64,000 nt of DNA. Source: a candidate division FCPU426 bacterium (GTDB lineage: Bacteria > Oederibacteriota > Muellerivitia > Muellerivitales > Muellerivitaceae). The notes under the pieces were generated by a model. The model had not been told where the DNA came from and did not search any database. It saw only the letters and a list, made by a program, of their open reading frames with translations. Position numbers and translations under genes: made by a program. The first letter of the stretch is position 1. Each line of letters opens with the position of its first letter. Positions 28,591 through 40,182 of the stretch are shown here, one piece after another. The stretch covers positions 352,001-416,000 of the forward strand of contig CAWCKJ010000003.1 of assembly GCA_963796105.1 (NCBI GenBank), written 5' to 3'.

Positions 28591-30072
28591 TCAAGCCCTT
28601 GAGGATTTGACGGTTTGCTTTTCGCTTTCAAAGGGGCTTGGCAGGCTCGTCTCGCCCATCAGCCACAAGTCGACCCCCCTGGCCGCCGCTCTTCCCTCCG
28701 CGATGGCCCAGACGATCAGGGATTGTCCCCGGGTCATGTCTCCCGCCGTGAAAATTCCCGGCACGTTGGTCATCTTGTTGGCGTCCCCCTTCACGTTGGT
28801 TCGCTGGTCCTGCTCCACCCCCAGCTTGGCGAACAGGGGGTTCTTTTCGGGGCCCAGGAATCCCATGGCCAGGAAAACCAGGTCCGCGTCGATGGAGAAC
28901 TCGCTTCCGGCGATCTCCTGCATCTTCGGGGGGCCAGAGGGCTGGGAAACCCAGTTCAGCTTGACCGCGTGGAGCTTTTTCACCATTCCGTTCTCACCCG
29001 TGAGTTTCTTGGTCAGGACGCTGTAGATACGCTCCCCGCCCTCCTCGTGGGCCGGGGCCGTGCGGAATACGCGCGCCCATTGGGGCCAGGGGTTGTCGGA
29101 AGGCCTCTGGTCGGGGGGCTGGGGCAGAAGCTCGAAGGAGGTGACGCTCTTGGCGCCCTGGCGGTGCGCCGTCCCGATGCAGTCCGCCCCCGTGTCCCCG
29201 CCTCCCAGGATGACCACATTCTTGTCCTTGGCCGAGATCTGGTTCTCCACCTTGTCGCCCTCGACCACCCGGTTGGACTGGGTGAGGTACTCCATGGCGA
29301 AATGGACGCCCTTTAATTCCCGCCCCGGCACCTCCAGGTTGCGGGGCTGGGTCGCTCCGCAGGAGAGCACGATGGCGTCGAAATTCTTCCGCAGGTCCTC
29401 GATGGGGACGCTCACTCCGATATTCGCGTTCACCTTGAACTCCACGCCTTCCGCCTTCATCTGCTCGATTCGAAGGTTCAAGTGGCGCTTTTCCATCTTG
29501 AATTCCGGGATGCCGTACCTCAAGAGGCCCCCGATCCGGTCGTCCCTCTCGAAAAGAGTGACCTTGTGGCCCACGCGGGCCAACTGCTGGGCGCAGGCCA
29601 GGCCGGCGGGCCCGGAGCCAACGACCGCCACTTTCTTGCCGGTGAGCTTCTTGGGGGGAAGGGGCTTGATGTTCCCCTCGTCCCAGGCCCGGTCGATGAT
29701 GGAAAGCTCGATCTGCTTGATGGTGACTGGCTGTTGGTAGACATCCATGGCCAGGGTGCAGGAATTCTCGCAGGGGGCCGGGCAAAGCCTGCCGGTGAAG
29801 TCAGGGAAATTATTGGTGGCGTGGAGCCGGTCGATGGCTTCCCTCCAGCGGTCGCGGTAAACCAGGTCGTTCCAGTCGGGAATGATGTTCCCCAGGGGGC
29901 ATCCCTGGTGGCAGTAAGGTACCCCGCAGTCCATGCAGCGGGCGGCCTGGGTTTTCAGGCTCGAGGGTTCCGGGGCGAGCATGTACTCTTTCCAGTCCCT
30001 CACCCTCTCGGCGACGGGCCTCTTGTGGGGCAGGTCCCGTCCCGCTTCCATGAATCCAGTTGGTTTACCCAT
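28591..30072 (-). CDS. gltD: Glutamate synthase small subunit
   Basis: MGKPTGF, RCMDCGVPYCHQGCP, VGSGPAGLA, GGGDTGADC, RGQSLIVWAI. Confidence 0.98.
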   Translation of the reverse strand: MGKPTGFMEAGRDLPHKRPVAERVRDWKEYMLAPEPSSLKTQAARCMDCGVPYCHQGCPLGNIIPDWNDLVYRDRWREAIDRLHATNNFPDFTGRLCPAPCENSCTLAMDVYQQPVTIKQIELSIIDRAWDEGNIKPLPPKKLTGKKVAVVGSGPAGLACAQQLARVGHKVTLFERDDRIGGLLRYGIPEFKMEKRHLNLRIEQMKAEGVEFKVNANIGVSVPIEDLRKNFDAIVLSCGATQPRNLEVPGRELKGVHFAMEYLTQSNRVVEGDKVENQISAKDKNVVILGGGDTGADCIGTAHRQGAKSVTSFELLPQPPDQRPSDNPWPQWARVFRTAPAHEEGGERIYSVLTKKLTGENGMVKKLHAVKLNWVSQPSGPPKMQEIAGSEFSIDADLVFLAMGFLGPEKNPLFAKLGVEQDQRTNVKGDANKMTNVPGIFTAGDMTRGQSLIVWAIAEGRAAARGVDLWLMGETSLPSPFESEKQTVKSSRA

Positions 30073-30139
30073 ATATCCTCATTAAGAATCTTGTGTGGCC
30101 GTGAACTTAAAATTCTAAATTTAAAATTCAAAATTTCCG

Positions 30140-33100
30140 TTAGGCTACCGCCACTGGCTTGGAAGCCGCTTCCTTTTGCGCCTGAAGGGCCTTCTTGTAG
30201 TCGATCGGCATGACCTTGACGAACTGCCCGGAAGTCTTGGCCCAGTTCTTGAGGATTCCCTCGGCGACAGTGCTCCCGGTGTATTCCTGGTGCTTGCGGA
30301 TCATGTCCTGGATGAGCTTCAAATTCTCCTCGTCCGGGCGCTCCAGCTCCACCATTTCCTTGTTGCAGTGGATATCGAAATCCCCGCTCCTGTTCCAGAC
30401 GTAGGCGACCCCGCCCGACATGCCGGCCGCGAAATTGCGGCCCGTGTCGCCGATCACCACCACCCGCCCGCCGGTCATGTACTCGCATCCGTGGTCCCCC
30501 ACGCCCTCCACGACCGCGTGGACGCCCGAATTCCTCACGCCGAAGCGCTCCCCGGCCTTCCCACGGATATAGCCTTCCCCGCTGGTGGCCCCGTAAAAGA
30601 GCACGTTGCCCACCAGGATGTTCTCTTCCGGCACGAAGGTGGCCTCTTTGGGCGGATACACGATGATCTTGCCCCCGCACAAACCCTTGCCCAGGTAGTC
30701 GTTGGCGTCCCCTTCCAGCCTGAGGGTCATCCCCTTGGGCACGAAAGCCCCGAAGCTTTGTCCCGCCGAGCCCTTGAAGGTGATCTGGATGGTGTCGTCC
30801 GGCAGGCCCTTGGAGCCGTGCTTGCGGGAGATCTCGGCCCCCAGCATCGTTCCCACCGTGCGGTTGATGTTGCGGATGGGCACCTCGAACTTCACGGGCT
30901 TCTTCTCCTCCAGCGCCCCCTTGCAGCGCTCGATCAGAACCTCGTTGTCCAGGGCCTTGTCCAGCCCATGGTCCTGTTTTTGCACGCAATAGACGGGCCC
31001 CAAATTGGATTCCTCCGGCTTGTAAAAGATGGCGGAGAAGTCGAGCCCCTTGGATTTCCAATGGGCGATGGCCTCGTTCATTTCCAGCATCTCAGAATGG
31101 CCGACCATCTCGTTAATGGTCTTGAAGCCGAGTTCCGCCATGATCTCGCGGATTTCCTCCGCCACGAACATCATGAAATTCACGACGTACTCGGGCTTGC
31201 CGGTGAATTTCTTCCTCAGCTCCGGGTTTTGCGTGGCGATCCCCACGGGACAGGTGTCCATGTGGCACACCCTCATCATGACGCATCCCTGGGACACCAG
31301 GGCCGCGGTCGCGAACCCGTACTCCTCGGCCCCCAGCAGGCAGGCCACAACGACGTCCCGACCCGTCTTCATCTGTCCGTCGGTCTGCACCGTGATGCGG
31401 TCCCTCAGGCGGTTTTTCACGAGGATCTGGTGGGTCTCGGCCAGCCCCAGCTCCCAGGGGATGCCGGCGTGCTTGATGGAGGAAAGGGGCGAGGCCCCCG
31501 TGCCGCCGTCGTAACCGCTGATGAGCACGTGGTCCGCGTGGGCCTTGCAGACGCCCGCCGCGACGGTTCCCACCCCGACTTCGGCTACCAGCTTCACCGA
31601 GATGCGGGCGTATTGGTTGGCGTTCTTGAGGTCGTGGATGAGCTGGGCCAGGTCCTCGATGGAGTAGATGTCATGGTGGGGCGGGGGCGAGATGAGCCCC
31701 ACGAAGGGAGTGGAAAACCTCGTCTTGGCGATCCAGGGATAGACTTTCCGGCCCGGAAGCTGGCCTCCCTCCCCCGGCTTGGCGCCCTGGGCCATCTTGA
31801 TCTGCAGTTCCTTGGCGTTGACCAGGTAATGGCTGGTCACCCCGAAGCGCCCCGAGGCCACCTGCTTGATGGCGGAGTTGCGGGAGTCCCCGTTGGGTTC
31901 CTTGATATACCTGGCCTCGTCCTCGCCGCCCTCGCCGGTATTGGACTTTCCGCCCAGGCGGTTCATGGCGATCGACAAATTCTGGTGGGCTTCCTGGCTG
32001 ATGGAGCCGTAGGACATGGCCCCCGTTGCGAAACGCCTCACGATTTCCTTGGCCGGCTCCACCTGGTCCAGGGGGATGGGGTTTCCCTTCTTGAACTTGA
32101 ACAGTCCCCTCAGGGTGCAAAGGGCCGTGGTCTGGTCGTTGACGTCCCTGGAGTATTCCTTGAATTTCTTGAAATCGCCTGTCCGGACCGCCTGCTGGAG
32201 CTTTTGGACCGTGTCGGGGTTGAAGAGGTGCTTTTCCCCGTCCCTGCGCCATTGGTAGCGCCCTCCCCAATCGAGATCCAGCTCCCGGTCCGGCCTTTCC
32301 GGGAAGGCTCCCCTGTGCCTCTGTTCCATCTCGGCGGCCACCTCGGCCAATCCTATGCCCTGGATGCGGGAGGGGGTCCAGGTGAAATACTTGTCCACGA
32401 ACTCCTTGTTCAAGCCGATGGCCTCGAAGATCTGGGCGCCCCTGTAGCTTTGGATGGTGGAAATGCCCATCTTGGACATGACCTTGACGATGCCCTTGTT
32501 GGCGGCCTTGATGTACTTCTTGACGGCGGTCTTGTGGTCCGTGTCGGGCGGGAGGATTTTCCGGCGGATCATGTCATCAAGGGTCTCGAAAGCCAGGTAG
32601 GGGTTCACCGCGTTGGCGCCGTATCCCACCAGCAGGGCGAAATGGTGCACTTCCCTGGGCTCTCCCGTCTCCAGGATCAGGCCCGCCTTGGTGCGCTCCC
32701 CCTTCTTGATCAGGTGGTGATGCACGCCGGCGGTCGCAAGCAGGCTGGGTATGGGGGCCAGGTCATGGTTCATTCCCCGGTCCGTCAGGATGATGATTTG
32801 AAAGCCTTCCTTTACCCCCTGGCTGGCCTTTTCGCAGACGCCTTCCATGGCCTTGGCCAGTCCCGCGCCCCCCTCGGATACCTTGAAGAGGATGGGAATA
32901 GTGAGTGCCTTGTAACCCCTGTGGGAAAGATGGGTGAACTTGGCCAGTTCGTCGTTATCCAGCACGGGGCTTTGAAGCTCGATCTGCCCGCAGCTTTGGG
33001 GGGTGGGCTTCAAAAGGTTGCCCTCGGGACCCAGGGTGGTGTTGACCGACGTCACCAATTGCTCGCGGATGGCGTCCAGGGGCGGGTTGGTGACCTGGGC

Positions 33101-34669
33101 GAAAAGCTGCTTGAAATACTGGAACAGGGGCTGGGGGTGGTTGGACAGCACCGCCAGGGGCGTGTCCTCCCCCATGGAGCCGATGGGCTCCTCGCCGTTC
33201 GTGGCCATGGGGGCCATCAGGAAGCGGATGTCCTCGTGGGTGTAGCCGAAAGCCCTCTGGCGCCTCAGGACCGTGTCATGGTCCGGCTCCGGCACGTGCG
33301 GGGCCGCGGGCAGCTGCTCCAGGGGAATCAGGTTTTCCTTGAGCCAGTCCCCGTAAGGGTGGGCCTTGGAGATTTTTTCCTTCAATTCCAGGTCGTCGAT
33401 GATCCTGCCCTCGCCCAGGTCGATGAGGAACATCTTGCCCGGTTCCAGCCTTCCCTTCTTGAGGATGCGCTTGGGATCGACTTCCAGGACCCCGACTTCG
33501 GAAGCCATGATGACCAGGTCGTCCTTGGTCACGTAATAACGCGACGGCCGGAGGCCGTTCCGGTCCAGGACGGCGCCGATGACCCTGCCGTCGGTGAAGG
33601 CGATGGAGGCCGGGCCGTCCCAGGGCTCCATCAGGCAGGAATGGTAGTGGTAGAAATCCTTCTTGTACTGGGGCATGGTGGCGTGGCCGCTCCAGGCCTC
33701 GGGGATGAGCATCATCATGGCGTGGGGCAGGCTTCTTCCGGCCAAAAGCAGGATTTCCAGGGCGTTGTCGAAAGTGGCGGAGTCCGACTGGCCTTCCCTG
33801 ACGATGGGGAGCAGGCGCTTGATCTCCTCCTTCGTATAGTAATCGCTCTCGAACAGGGCCTCCCTGGCGTGCATCCAGTTGATGTTCCCCCTGAGGGTGT
33901 TGATTTCCCCGTTGTGGGCGATATAGCGGTAGGGGTGGGCGAGGTCCCAGGAGGGGAAGGTGTTGGTGGAGAAACGGGAATGGATCAAGGCCAGGGCCGA
34001 GTCCATGTCGTGGTCGCGTAAATCGGGGAAATAGGAGGCTTCCTGGCTGGGCGTCAGCATGCCCTTGTAAACCACCGTCCTGCAGGAGAGGCTGGCCACG
34101 TAAAAGAGCTTTTTTTCCTTGATCCCGGCCGTATTGACGGCGTTTTCGACCCTCTTTCGGATCAGGAAAAGCTTGCGCTCGAAGGAATCCTCGTCCTTGA
34201 GGGAGTGGGACCTTCCGATGAAGATCTGCTTCATGACCGGCTCGCAAGCCCTGGCGCTGGGGCCGACGTCCGAGTTCTCCGTGGGAACCAAACGCCAGCC
34301 CAGTAGTTCCTGTCCTTCTTCCTTAATGGTACGGCTGAAGATATCCTCGCAAGTCCTGGCCTCGTCCGGGTCCCGCGGCAGGAAAACCATTCCGACCCCG
34401 TAATGGCCCTCGGCGGGAAGCTTGATGTCCCATTTGGATGCGTTTTTCCGGAAAAACCTGTCGGAGACCTGGATCAAAACGCCCGCGCCGTCGCCCGTGT
34501 TGCTCTCGCATCCGCAGGCGCCCCTATGGGCGAGGTTGAGGAGGATTTCCACGCCCTTTTCCACGATCTCATGGGACTTTTTGTTCTTGATGTTCACGAC
34601 GAAGCCCACGCCGCAGGAATCCTTGCCGGCGTCGAAGGGATGGAGAAGATTTTCAGGTTGGTTTGACAT
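30140..34669 (-). CDS. gltB: Glutamate synthase large subunit
   Basis: CGVGF N-terminal Cys, [42 protein letters not shown]-domain. Confidence 0.99.
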   Translation of the reverse strand: MSNQPENLLHPFDAGKDSCGVGFVVNIKNKKSHEIVEKGVEILLNLAHRGACGCESNTGDGAGVLIQVSDRFFRKNASKWDIKLPAEGHYGVGMVFLPRDPDEARTCEDIFSRTIKEEGQELLGWRLVPTENSDVGPSARACEPVMKQIFIGRSHSLKDEDSFERKLFLIRKRVENAVNTAGIKEKKLFYVASLSCRTVVYKGMLTPSQEASYFPDLRDHDMDSALALIHSRFSTNTFPSWDLAHPYRYIAHNGEINTLRGNINWMHAREALFESDYYTKEEIKRLLPIVREGQSDSATFDNALEILLLAGRSLPHAMMMLIPEAWSGHATMPQYKKDFYHYHSCLMEPWDGPASIAFTDGRVIGAVLDRNGLRPSRYYVTKDDLVIMASEVGVLEVDPKRILKKGRLEPGKMFLIDLGEGRIIDDLELKEKISKAHPYGDWLKENLIPLEQLPAAPHVPEPDHDTVLRRQRAFGYTHEDIRFLMAPMATNGEEPIGSMGEDTPLAVLSNHPQPLFQYFKQLFAQVTNPPLDAIREQLVTSVNTTLGPEGNLLKPTPQSCGQIELQSPVLDNDELAKFTHLSHRGYKALTIPILFKVSEGGAGLAKAMEGVCEKASQGVKEGFQIIILTDRGMNHDLAPIPSLLATAGVHHHLIKKGERTKAGLILETGEPREVHHFALLVGYGANAVNPYLAFETLDDMIRRKILPPDTDHKTAVKKYIKAANKGIVKVMSKMGISTIQSYRGAQIFEAIGLNKEFVDKYFTWTPSRIQGIGLAEVAAEMEQRHRGAFPERPDRELDLDWGGRYQWRRDGEKHLFNPDTVQKLQQAVRTGDFKKFKEYSRDVNDQTTALCTLRGLFKFKKGNPIPLDQVEPAKEIVRRFATGAMSYGSISQEAHQNLSIAMNRLGGKSNTGEGGEDEARYIKEPNGDSRNSAIKQVASGRFGVTSHYLVNAKELQIKMAQGAKPGEGGQLPGRKVYPWIAKTRFSTPFVGLISPPPHHDIYSIEDLAQLIHDLKNANQYARISVKLVAEVGVGTVAAGVCKAHADHVLISGYDGGTGASPLSSIKHAGIPWELGLAETHQILVKNRLRDRITVQTDGQMKTGRDVVVACLLGAEEYGFATAALVSQGCVMMRVCHMDTCPVGIATQNPELRKKFTGKPEYVVNFMMFVAEEIREIMAELGFKTINEMVGHSEMLEMNEAIAHWKSKGLDFSAIFYKPEESNLGPVYCVQKQDHGLDKALDNEVLIERCKGALEEKKPVKFEVPIRNINRTVGTMLGAEISRKHGSKGLPDDTIQITFKGSAGQSFGAFVPKGMTLRLEGDANDYLGKGLCGGKIIVYPPKEATFVPEENILVGNVLFYGATSGEGYIRGKAGERFGVRNSGVHAVVEGVGDHGCEYMTGGRVVVIGDTGRNFAAGMSGGVAYVWNRSGDFDIHCNKEMVELERPDEENLKLIQDMIRKHQEYTGSTVAEGILKNWAKTSGQFVKVMPIDYKKALQAQKEAASKPVAVA

Positions 34670-34703
34670 GCGTCACTCCCCGTTAATAGGGTTATATGGA
34701 GTT

Positions 34704-34733
34704 AAAAAAAGCGGCCACTCGAAGGGCGCCGCT
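34704..34733 (-). terminator. Terminator-like hairpin in the gltB leader
   Basis: Minus strand AGCGGC-GCCCTTCGAGTG-GCCGCT followed by a T run, ending 35 nt before the gltB ATG. Confidence 0.55.
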
Positions 34734-34761
34734 GATCTAAAGCATAAATTTTAAGTGGTTT

Positions 34762-34790
34762 AAATTACAATAGAATCAACGCATTTTCAA
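34762..34790 (-). promoter_or_regulatory. Putative sigma70 promoter upstream of gltB
   Basis: TTGAAA-17 bp-TAATTT on the minus strand. Confidence 0.45.
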
Positions 34791-34818
34791 GGAAAGTCAG
34801 ATAAACCGTAATTCACCC

Positions 34819-34985
34819 CAGGGACACAGAGACCCGGCCAAAAACACCAATTTATAATCGATTTTCCCTGCTGAGCTTGATTGAAAGAAAGAAGAATAAT
34901 TAGTTTTTTATAATCATTGGTTCTTCAAATGAATTTGTTTGATTATGCGTAATGATTTGGTTTTCTCTGGGTCTCTGTGTCCCTG
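34819..34985. repeat. Perfect 17-bp inverted repeat bracketing an AT-rich spacer (REP/MITE-like)
   Basis: CAGGGACACAGAGACCC (34819-34835) and GGGTCTCTGTGTCCCTG (34969-34985). Confidence 0.75.
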
Positions 34986-35001
34986 TGGTAAAAGTCGGGT
35001 T

Positions 35002-36153
<1,152 letters not shown>

Positions 36154-36182
36154 TCAAATCAAATAACTTAAGAAGGAACGCA

Positions 36183-36800
36183 TTATAAGGCCGGATCGGA
36201 TCTGCCAGTCCGAATTTTCGCTAATAACGGATCTAAGGAAGACCTTGTTCTTGGTCCCATGACAGCATGCGGGAAAACACCAGGCTGGTTCTTCAAGGCT
36301 TGTTTTTCTTCCGGGGAGGCTTTGGTCCCTTGGTCTTCCCATTTCACCGGAATTTTCGGGAGAAGGGAAGACGCTGGACTCACAGCCTGGCTGGGAGGGG
36401 GCGGGACCATCGGGGCCTGACTTCCCGGATTCCGCCTGCAAATGGCGCAGATGCAAAAAGCCTCGTTCCGTTTTTTGACGTTGTTCGCGTAGTCCCTGAT
36501 TAAATAGCCCTGTTTTGAGGCTTTTTGTATCAAGGTCTTGAAGCCGGGGATCTGCCTCAAGTGAAGCAGGGCTTGGTCCACGTTGTTGATGCCGACCGCG
36601 TTTTCCCACAAGGCCAGCAAATCGGCCCGGGTGACCGGCACTCCCTGCCTCTCGAGCAGGCAATTCAAGATGTTACGGCTCATTTCATTGATGTCGGAAA
36701 CGGCCCCATCGATGAACAAGTGGCTTTCTTTCCTGGGCATTTCAACGTACACGAAACAGCAGCATTTGGTTTCAGGGTTATTGATCTCATAAACGGGCAT
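36183..36800 (-). CDS. OmpR/PhoB-type winged-helix protein without receiver domain
   Basis: ILNCLLERQGVPVTRADLLALW...VDQALLHLR...IQKASKQGY resembles Trans_reg_C; followed by CICAIC and a Pro-rich tail. Confidence 0.6.
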   Translation of the reverse strand: MPVYEINNPETKCCCFVYVEMPRKESHLFIDGAVSDINEMSRNILNCLLERQGVPVTRADLLALWENAVGINNVDQALLHLRQIPGFKTLIQKASKQGYLIRDYANNVKKRNEAFCICAICRRNPGSQAPMVPPPPSQAVSPASSLLPKIPVKWEDQGTKASPEEKQALKNQPGVFPHAVMGPRTRSSLDPLLAKIRTGRSDPAL

Positions 36801-37080
36801 GGCACAGCTCCGTTAACGGCATGGGTCGCGGGAAAATTTCCGGCGGAGAGAAGGTCCTTCGAACCGCAGGCACGGGATCAAAAGCGGGGTGAAAACAATT
36901 CATTAAATGGATTATACCTCTTCCGGTTCATTTTGGCTTCCGGCAGACGTTGAAAACCCGCTTAAAAATAACTGAGTGATAACTTAACGGGAACTTAAAA
37001 CATTATTCAGTTTATATTCAGGACGCGCCGTTACTTTTCGTGGCCTAATGGATTCCAGAAAAGATCCCTGGAGGAAAAAC

Positions 37081-38016
37081 ATGGCTGAGACAAACAATGA
37101 GATCAGCATCAAGCCGGAGGCCACCTTCGCGAAGCTGGCCGCCATTTTGGAGGCGGCATATGACTTGGGCATTTTACTGCGCCGGCCGGTCGGCGTGGAG
37201 GAGGCTGCGCTTTACTTCGCCAGGATGCGGGAGGCCGAGTTTTGGAATATCAAGGCCCAAAATGACCACGAGGAGCAAATGAAAGAGGTGGGCATATATT
37301 TATACGGGGAGAACACAAGGCTCAAAACCGATATCGGCCAGCTCCGCGCCGAGCGGGAATGGACCGCGAAATACGCCGAGGCCTTCCGCCGGTACCGGGA
37401 AAGCCCGGGGCGCAACGGCTTCGTATTCATCGCCAAGCATATCGTCAACAATTACGGTTTACATATGAGGCCCTCCCACGAGGTCTCGGAAGCGGTGAAC
37501 AACTTTTTTTGCAACGTGTTCGTGAACCATGAGCGGGTCCAGGACCTGTTGTTGAGGGATTTCATCCTTTCCCTGACCCCCGACGAGCAGGCCTTCATCC
37601 AGGAGCTCATGCCGGATTCGGACATCGTGAACCTCTCCGCCCTGGCCGCCATCCGGATCGCCAGGGCCAAGGACCCCGGGGTGGATCAGTTGCGGAAGGA
37701 CCGTGAATTGAAGCTGATGGGCTCCATCACCATGAAATACCGGGACTATCACCAGGGGGAAATCCCGGAAAACGTGACTGAAATGAGGGACTACGACCTC
37801 GTCATCAAGGATGAATTCGGCACCAAACGGCCTTACATGGAGCTTTCCTTCCGGAAACACAAGGGCGGAGGCACAGTCCTGCAGGATCTCATATCATTGG
37901 TGGCCACTCCGGGAAACATCCTTCGATTCGTCTTTTACGGTCAGGACAAGGACGCGGCATGTTCCAAGATTCTATATATCCTCGGTAAACGCTACGATGG
38001 CCGATCGGATCAGTGA
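37081..38016 (+). CDS. Hypothetical protein containing an interrupted HPr-like domain
   Basis: GGAGG RBS at 37070; IVNNYGLHMRPS (HPr His15-like motif) and C-terminal LISLVATPGNILRFVFYGQDKDAA (HPr C-half-like). Confidence 0.6.
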   Translation: MAETNNEISIKPEATFAKLAAILEAAYDLGILLRRPVGVEEAALYFARMREAEFWNIKAQNDHEEQMKEVGIYLYGENTRLKTDIGQLRAEREWTAKYAEAFRRYRESPGRNGFVFIAKHIVNNYGLHMRPSHEVSEAVNNFFCNVFVNHERVQDLLLRDFILSLTPDEQAFIQELMPDSDIVNLSALAAIRIARAKDPGVDQLRKDRELKLMGSITMKYRDYHQGEIPENVTEMRDYDLVIKDEFGTKRPYMELSFRKHKGGGTVLQDLISLVATPGNILRFVFYGQDKDAACSKILYILGKRYDGRSDQ

Positions 38017-38036
38017 GCTGAGGTATACTTCTTTCC

Positions 38037-38429
38037 ATGAAAGTCATTAAAATCCACTCCAGCAAGCGCGAGCAGGTCCTGGATATCACTCCCCAGGTCA
38101 AGGAGTTCGCGGCCCAAAACGGGCAAAAGTCCGGGCTGATCGCGGTCTATTGCCCCCACACCACCGCCGCGGTGACGGTCAATGAGAACGCCGATCCGGA
38201 TGTGAAAACGGATCTTCTTTATCACCTGAAGAAAACCATCCCCCAATCACCGGAGTTCCAGCATTCCGAGGACAACTCGGACGCCCACATCAAGGCGGTC
38301 TTAAGCGGTTTATCGCAGGTTTTTATCGTGGAGGAGGGCAAGTTGATGCTGGGCCAGTGGCAGGGGGTTTATTTCCTGGAGTTCGACGGCCCCCGTGAGC
38401 GCGAGGTGTGGTTGAAATTTATTTCGTGA
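38037..38429 (+). CDS. yjbQ: UPF0047/YjbQ family protein
   Basis: PHTTAAVTVNENADPDV, HSEDNSDAHIK, LGQWQGVYFLEFDGPR. Confidence 0.93.
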   Translation: MKVIKIHSSKREQVLDITPQVKEFAAQNGQKSGLIAVYCPHTTAAVTVNENADPDVKTDLLYHLKKTIPQSPEFQHSEDNSDAHIKAVLSGLSQVFIVEEGKLMLGQWQGVYFLEFDGPREREVWLKFIS

Positions 38430-38505
38430 CTCACAACCGCGCGGATAATCCGCTGTTCGCAACGGCTTGCAAACGCCCATTCAATTGAAACTGGAGAACC
38501 CAGCC

Positions 38506-38538
38506 AAAAAAAAGCCCCCGGCTGAGAAACCGGGAGCT
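38506..38538 (-). terminator. Rho-independent terminator of the autotransporter gene
   Basis: Minus strand AGCTCCCGG-loop-CCGGGGGCT with a T8 run. Confidence 0.7.
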
Positions 38539-38575
38539 GTCAAAAACCGCGTTCTAATGGTTTTGAGGTTACCGC

Positions 38576-39835
38576 TTAAAAGCCGAACCCGACTCCCCCT
38601 CCCACCTGGGTGTAATCCGCGCTTCCATTGCTGGAGGCACTGATGGTGGCGGACCATCCCTCGAATGCCCTTTGATAGGCCACCCCGATCCCTGCCTGCC
38701 CGCCCATGACGCCCACCCCCACGGCCAGCCGGTTGTCGCCCCTCTGGCCCACCGCCGCCACCGCCGCGTTGGCCGCCGCGGCCACCACCGCGCCGGAGGA
38801 CTGCGCCTGGGTCTTGGAAAACACCTGGTTCTGTTGGGAAATGGAATTCAACTGCCCGACGTTGGCGGCATCCGTGCTGTTGACGCCGTCCGCCACGTTG
38901 GTGATTCGGCGCGTTAATCCCGTGCTGGAGTTCCCGACTGAGACCGTGTTGGTCTGGTTGGCCGCGGAACCGGCCCCCAGGGCGACGCTGTTGGCCCCTG
39001 TGGCGGAGCTGTTGGCCCCGATGGCCGTGCTGTTGGCGGCGCCGGCGGCGCTATTGCTTCCCACCGCCGTGCTGTTGGCCCCGCCCGCGTTGCTGTTGAA
39101 ACCGTTGGCGGTGCTGGAAGTCCCGGTGGCGAGGCTTCCCCCACCGGCGGCGGTGCTGTCATCCCCGCTGGCGGTGCTGGATATCCCGACCGCGACGCTG
39201 GAAACCCCGGAGGCGCCGCTGGAGCTTCCAACGGCCGTGCTGTAGTCGCCGCCGGCGGCGCTGTTAGACCCATTGGCGGTGCTGGAAATCCCGATGGCGT
39301 TGCTGTGCATCCCGGTGGCGGTGCTGTTGTCCCCGCTGGCGGAGCTGAGCAATCCGGTGGCGGTGCTGTTATCCCCGCCGGCGGTGGAATCCGCCCCGTA
39401 AGCGGAGCTGTCGGTTCCTATAGCTTGGCTGTTATATCCATTGGAGGTACTGGCGATCCCGACCGCGGCGCTTCCCGCCCCCGTGGCGGTGCTTTGCATT
39501 TTGCTGGCATAGCTGTTGTAGCCGTTGGCGGTGCTGTCCTCGCCGTTGGCGGCGCTTCCGACTCCGGCGGCGGTGGAGTTATCCCCGCTAGCGGCGCTGT
39601 TTGCCCCAGTGGCGGTGCTGTTCGCCCCGCTCGCGGCGCTGCTTCCCCCGGTGGCGGTTCCGTAATCACCGCTGGCCGTGGCGGACGCTCCATAGGCGGA
39701 GCTGTTGATCCCGCTTGCGGAGGCTCCTGTTCCATTTTGTGTGTCTTGCGCCCATAACCGCGAGTCTTTTCCCGTCAATCCAATTATGAGGAATAAAACA
39801 CAGGCTAGGCTGAACAACCTCATCGACGTTTTCAT
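38576..39835 (-). CDS. Trimeric autotransporter adhesin (YadA-like)
   Basis: Signal peptide; ~18-19 14-aa head repeats (STATGxxSxAxGxx); neck RRITNVADGVNSTDAANVGQL; short anchor ending GGGVGFGF. Confidence 0.92.
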   Translation of the reverse strand: MKTSMRLFSLACVLFLIIGLTGKDSRLWAQDTQNGTGASASGINSSAYGASATASGDYGTATGGSSAASGANSTATGANSAASGDNSTAAGVGSAANGEDSTANGYNSYASKMQSTATGAGSAAVGIASTSNGYNSQAIGTDSSAYGADSTAGGDNSTATGLLSSASGDNSTATGMHSNAIGISSTANGSNSAAGGDYSTAVGSSSGASGVSSVAVGISSTASGDDSTAAGGGSLATGTSSTANGFNSNAGGANSTAVGSNSAAGAANSTAIGANSSATGANSVALGAGSAANQTNTVSVGNSSTGLTRRITNVADGVNSTDAANVGQLNSISQQNQVFSKTQAQSSGAVVAAAANAAVAAVGQRGDNRLAVGVGVMGGQAGIGVAYQRAFEGWSATISASSNGSADYTQVGGGVGFGF

Positions 39836-40182
39836 AAACTCTCCTTGATCCGAAATGGACTTGAAGACATTTAACCACTGGTTTCCATCTTAGTAAACCA
39901 GGTCCATGTCCGGGAAAATGCCTGAATCATTTTCCCTTTTAACCTTTTTACAGGACTCGGGAGAGTACTTATCTGAATTTTTTATGGATGATTGGAATAT
40001 ACCGTTAGATGAGCCTAAACAACCGTTAGGAGGTGATTTCACCAGACTTTATTGGGCAGTCGGGCTGTGTAAATAGCTGGGGATTGGGTGTAAACAGTCG
40101 TTTTAGGCCTAATTAATCCCCCGCCCTTAAAAGACTGTTAGAATAGAAAAAACGAACTCAATTACTTTCCATAGGTGATTTT

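Noticed and set aside
30176..34021. 1281-aa ORF on + strand and other long ORFs overlapping gltB/gltD
   Set aside because: Antisense or alternate-frame shadows of GC-rich, strongly codon-biased genes; no recognisable motifs
36154..36663. 169-aa alternate-frame ORF overlapping the winged-helix gene
   Set aside because: The overlapping 36183-36800 frame carries the recognisable motif; this one has none
38940..39720. 42-bp periodic repeats as a nucleic-acid element
   Set aside because: Fully explained by the 14-aa YadA head repeats
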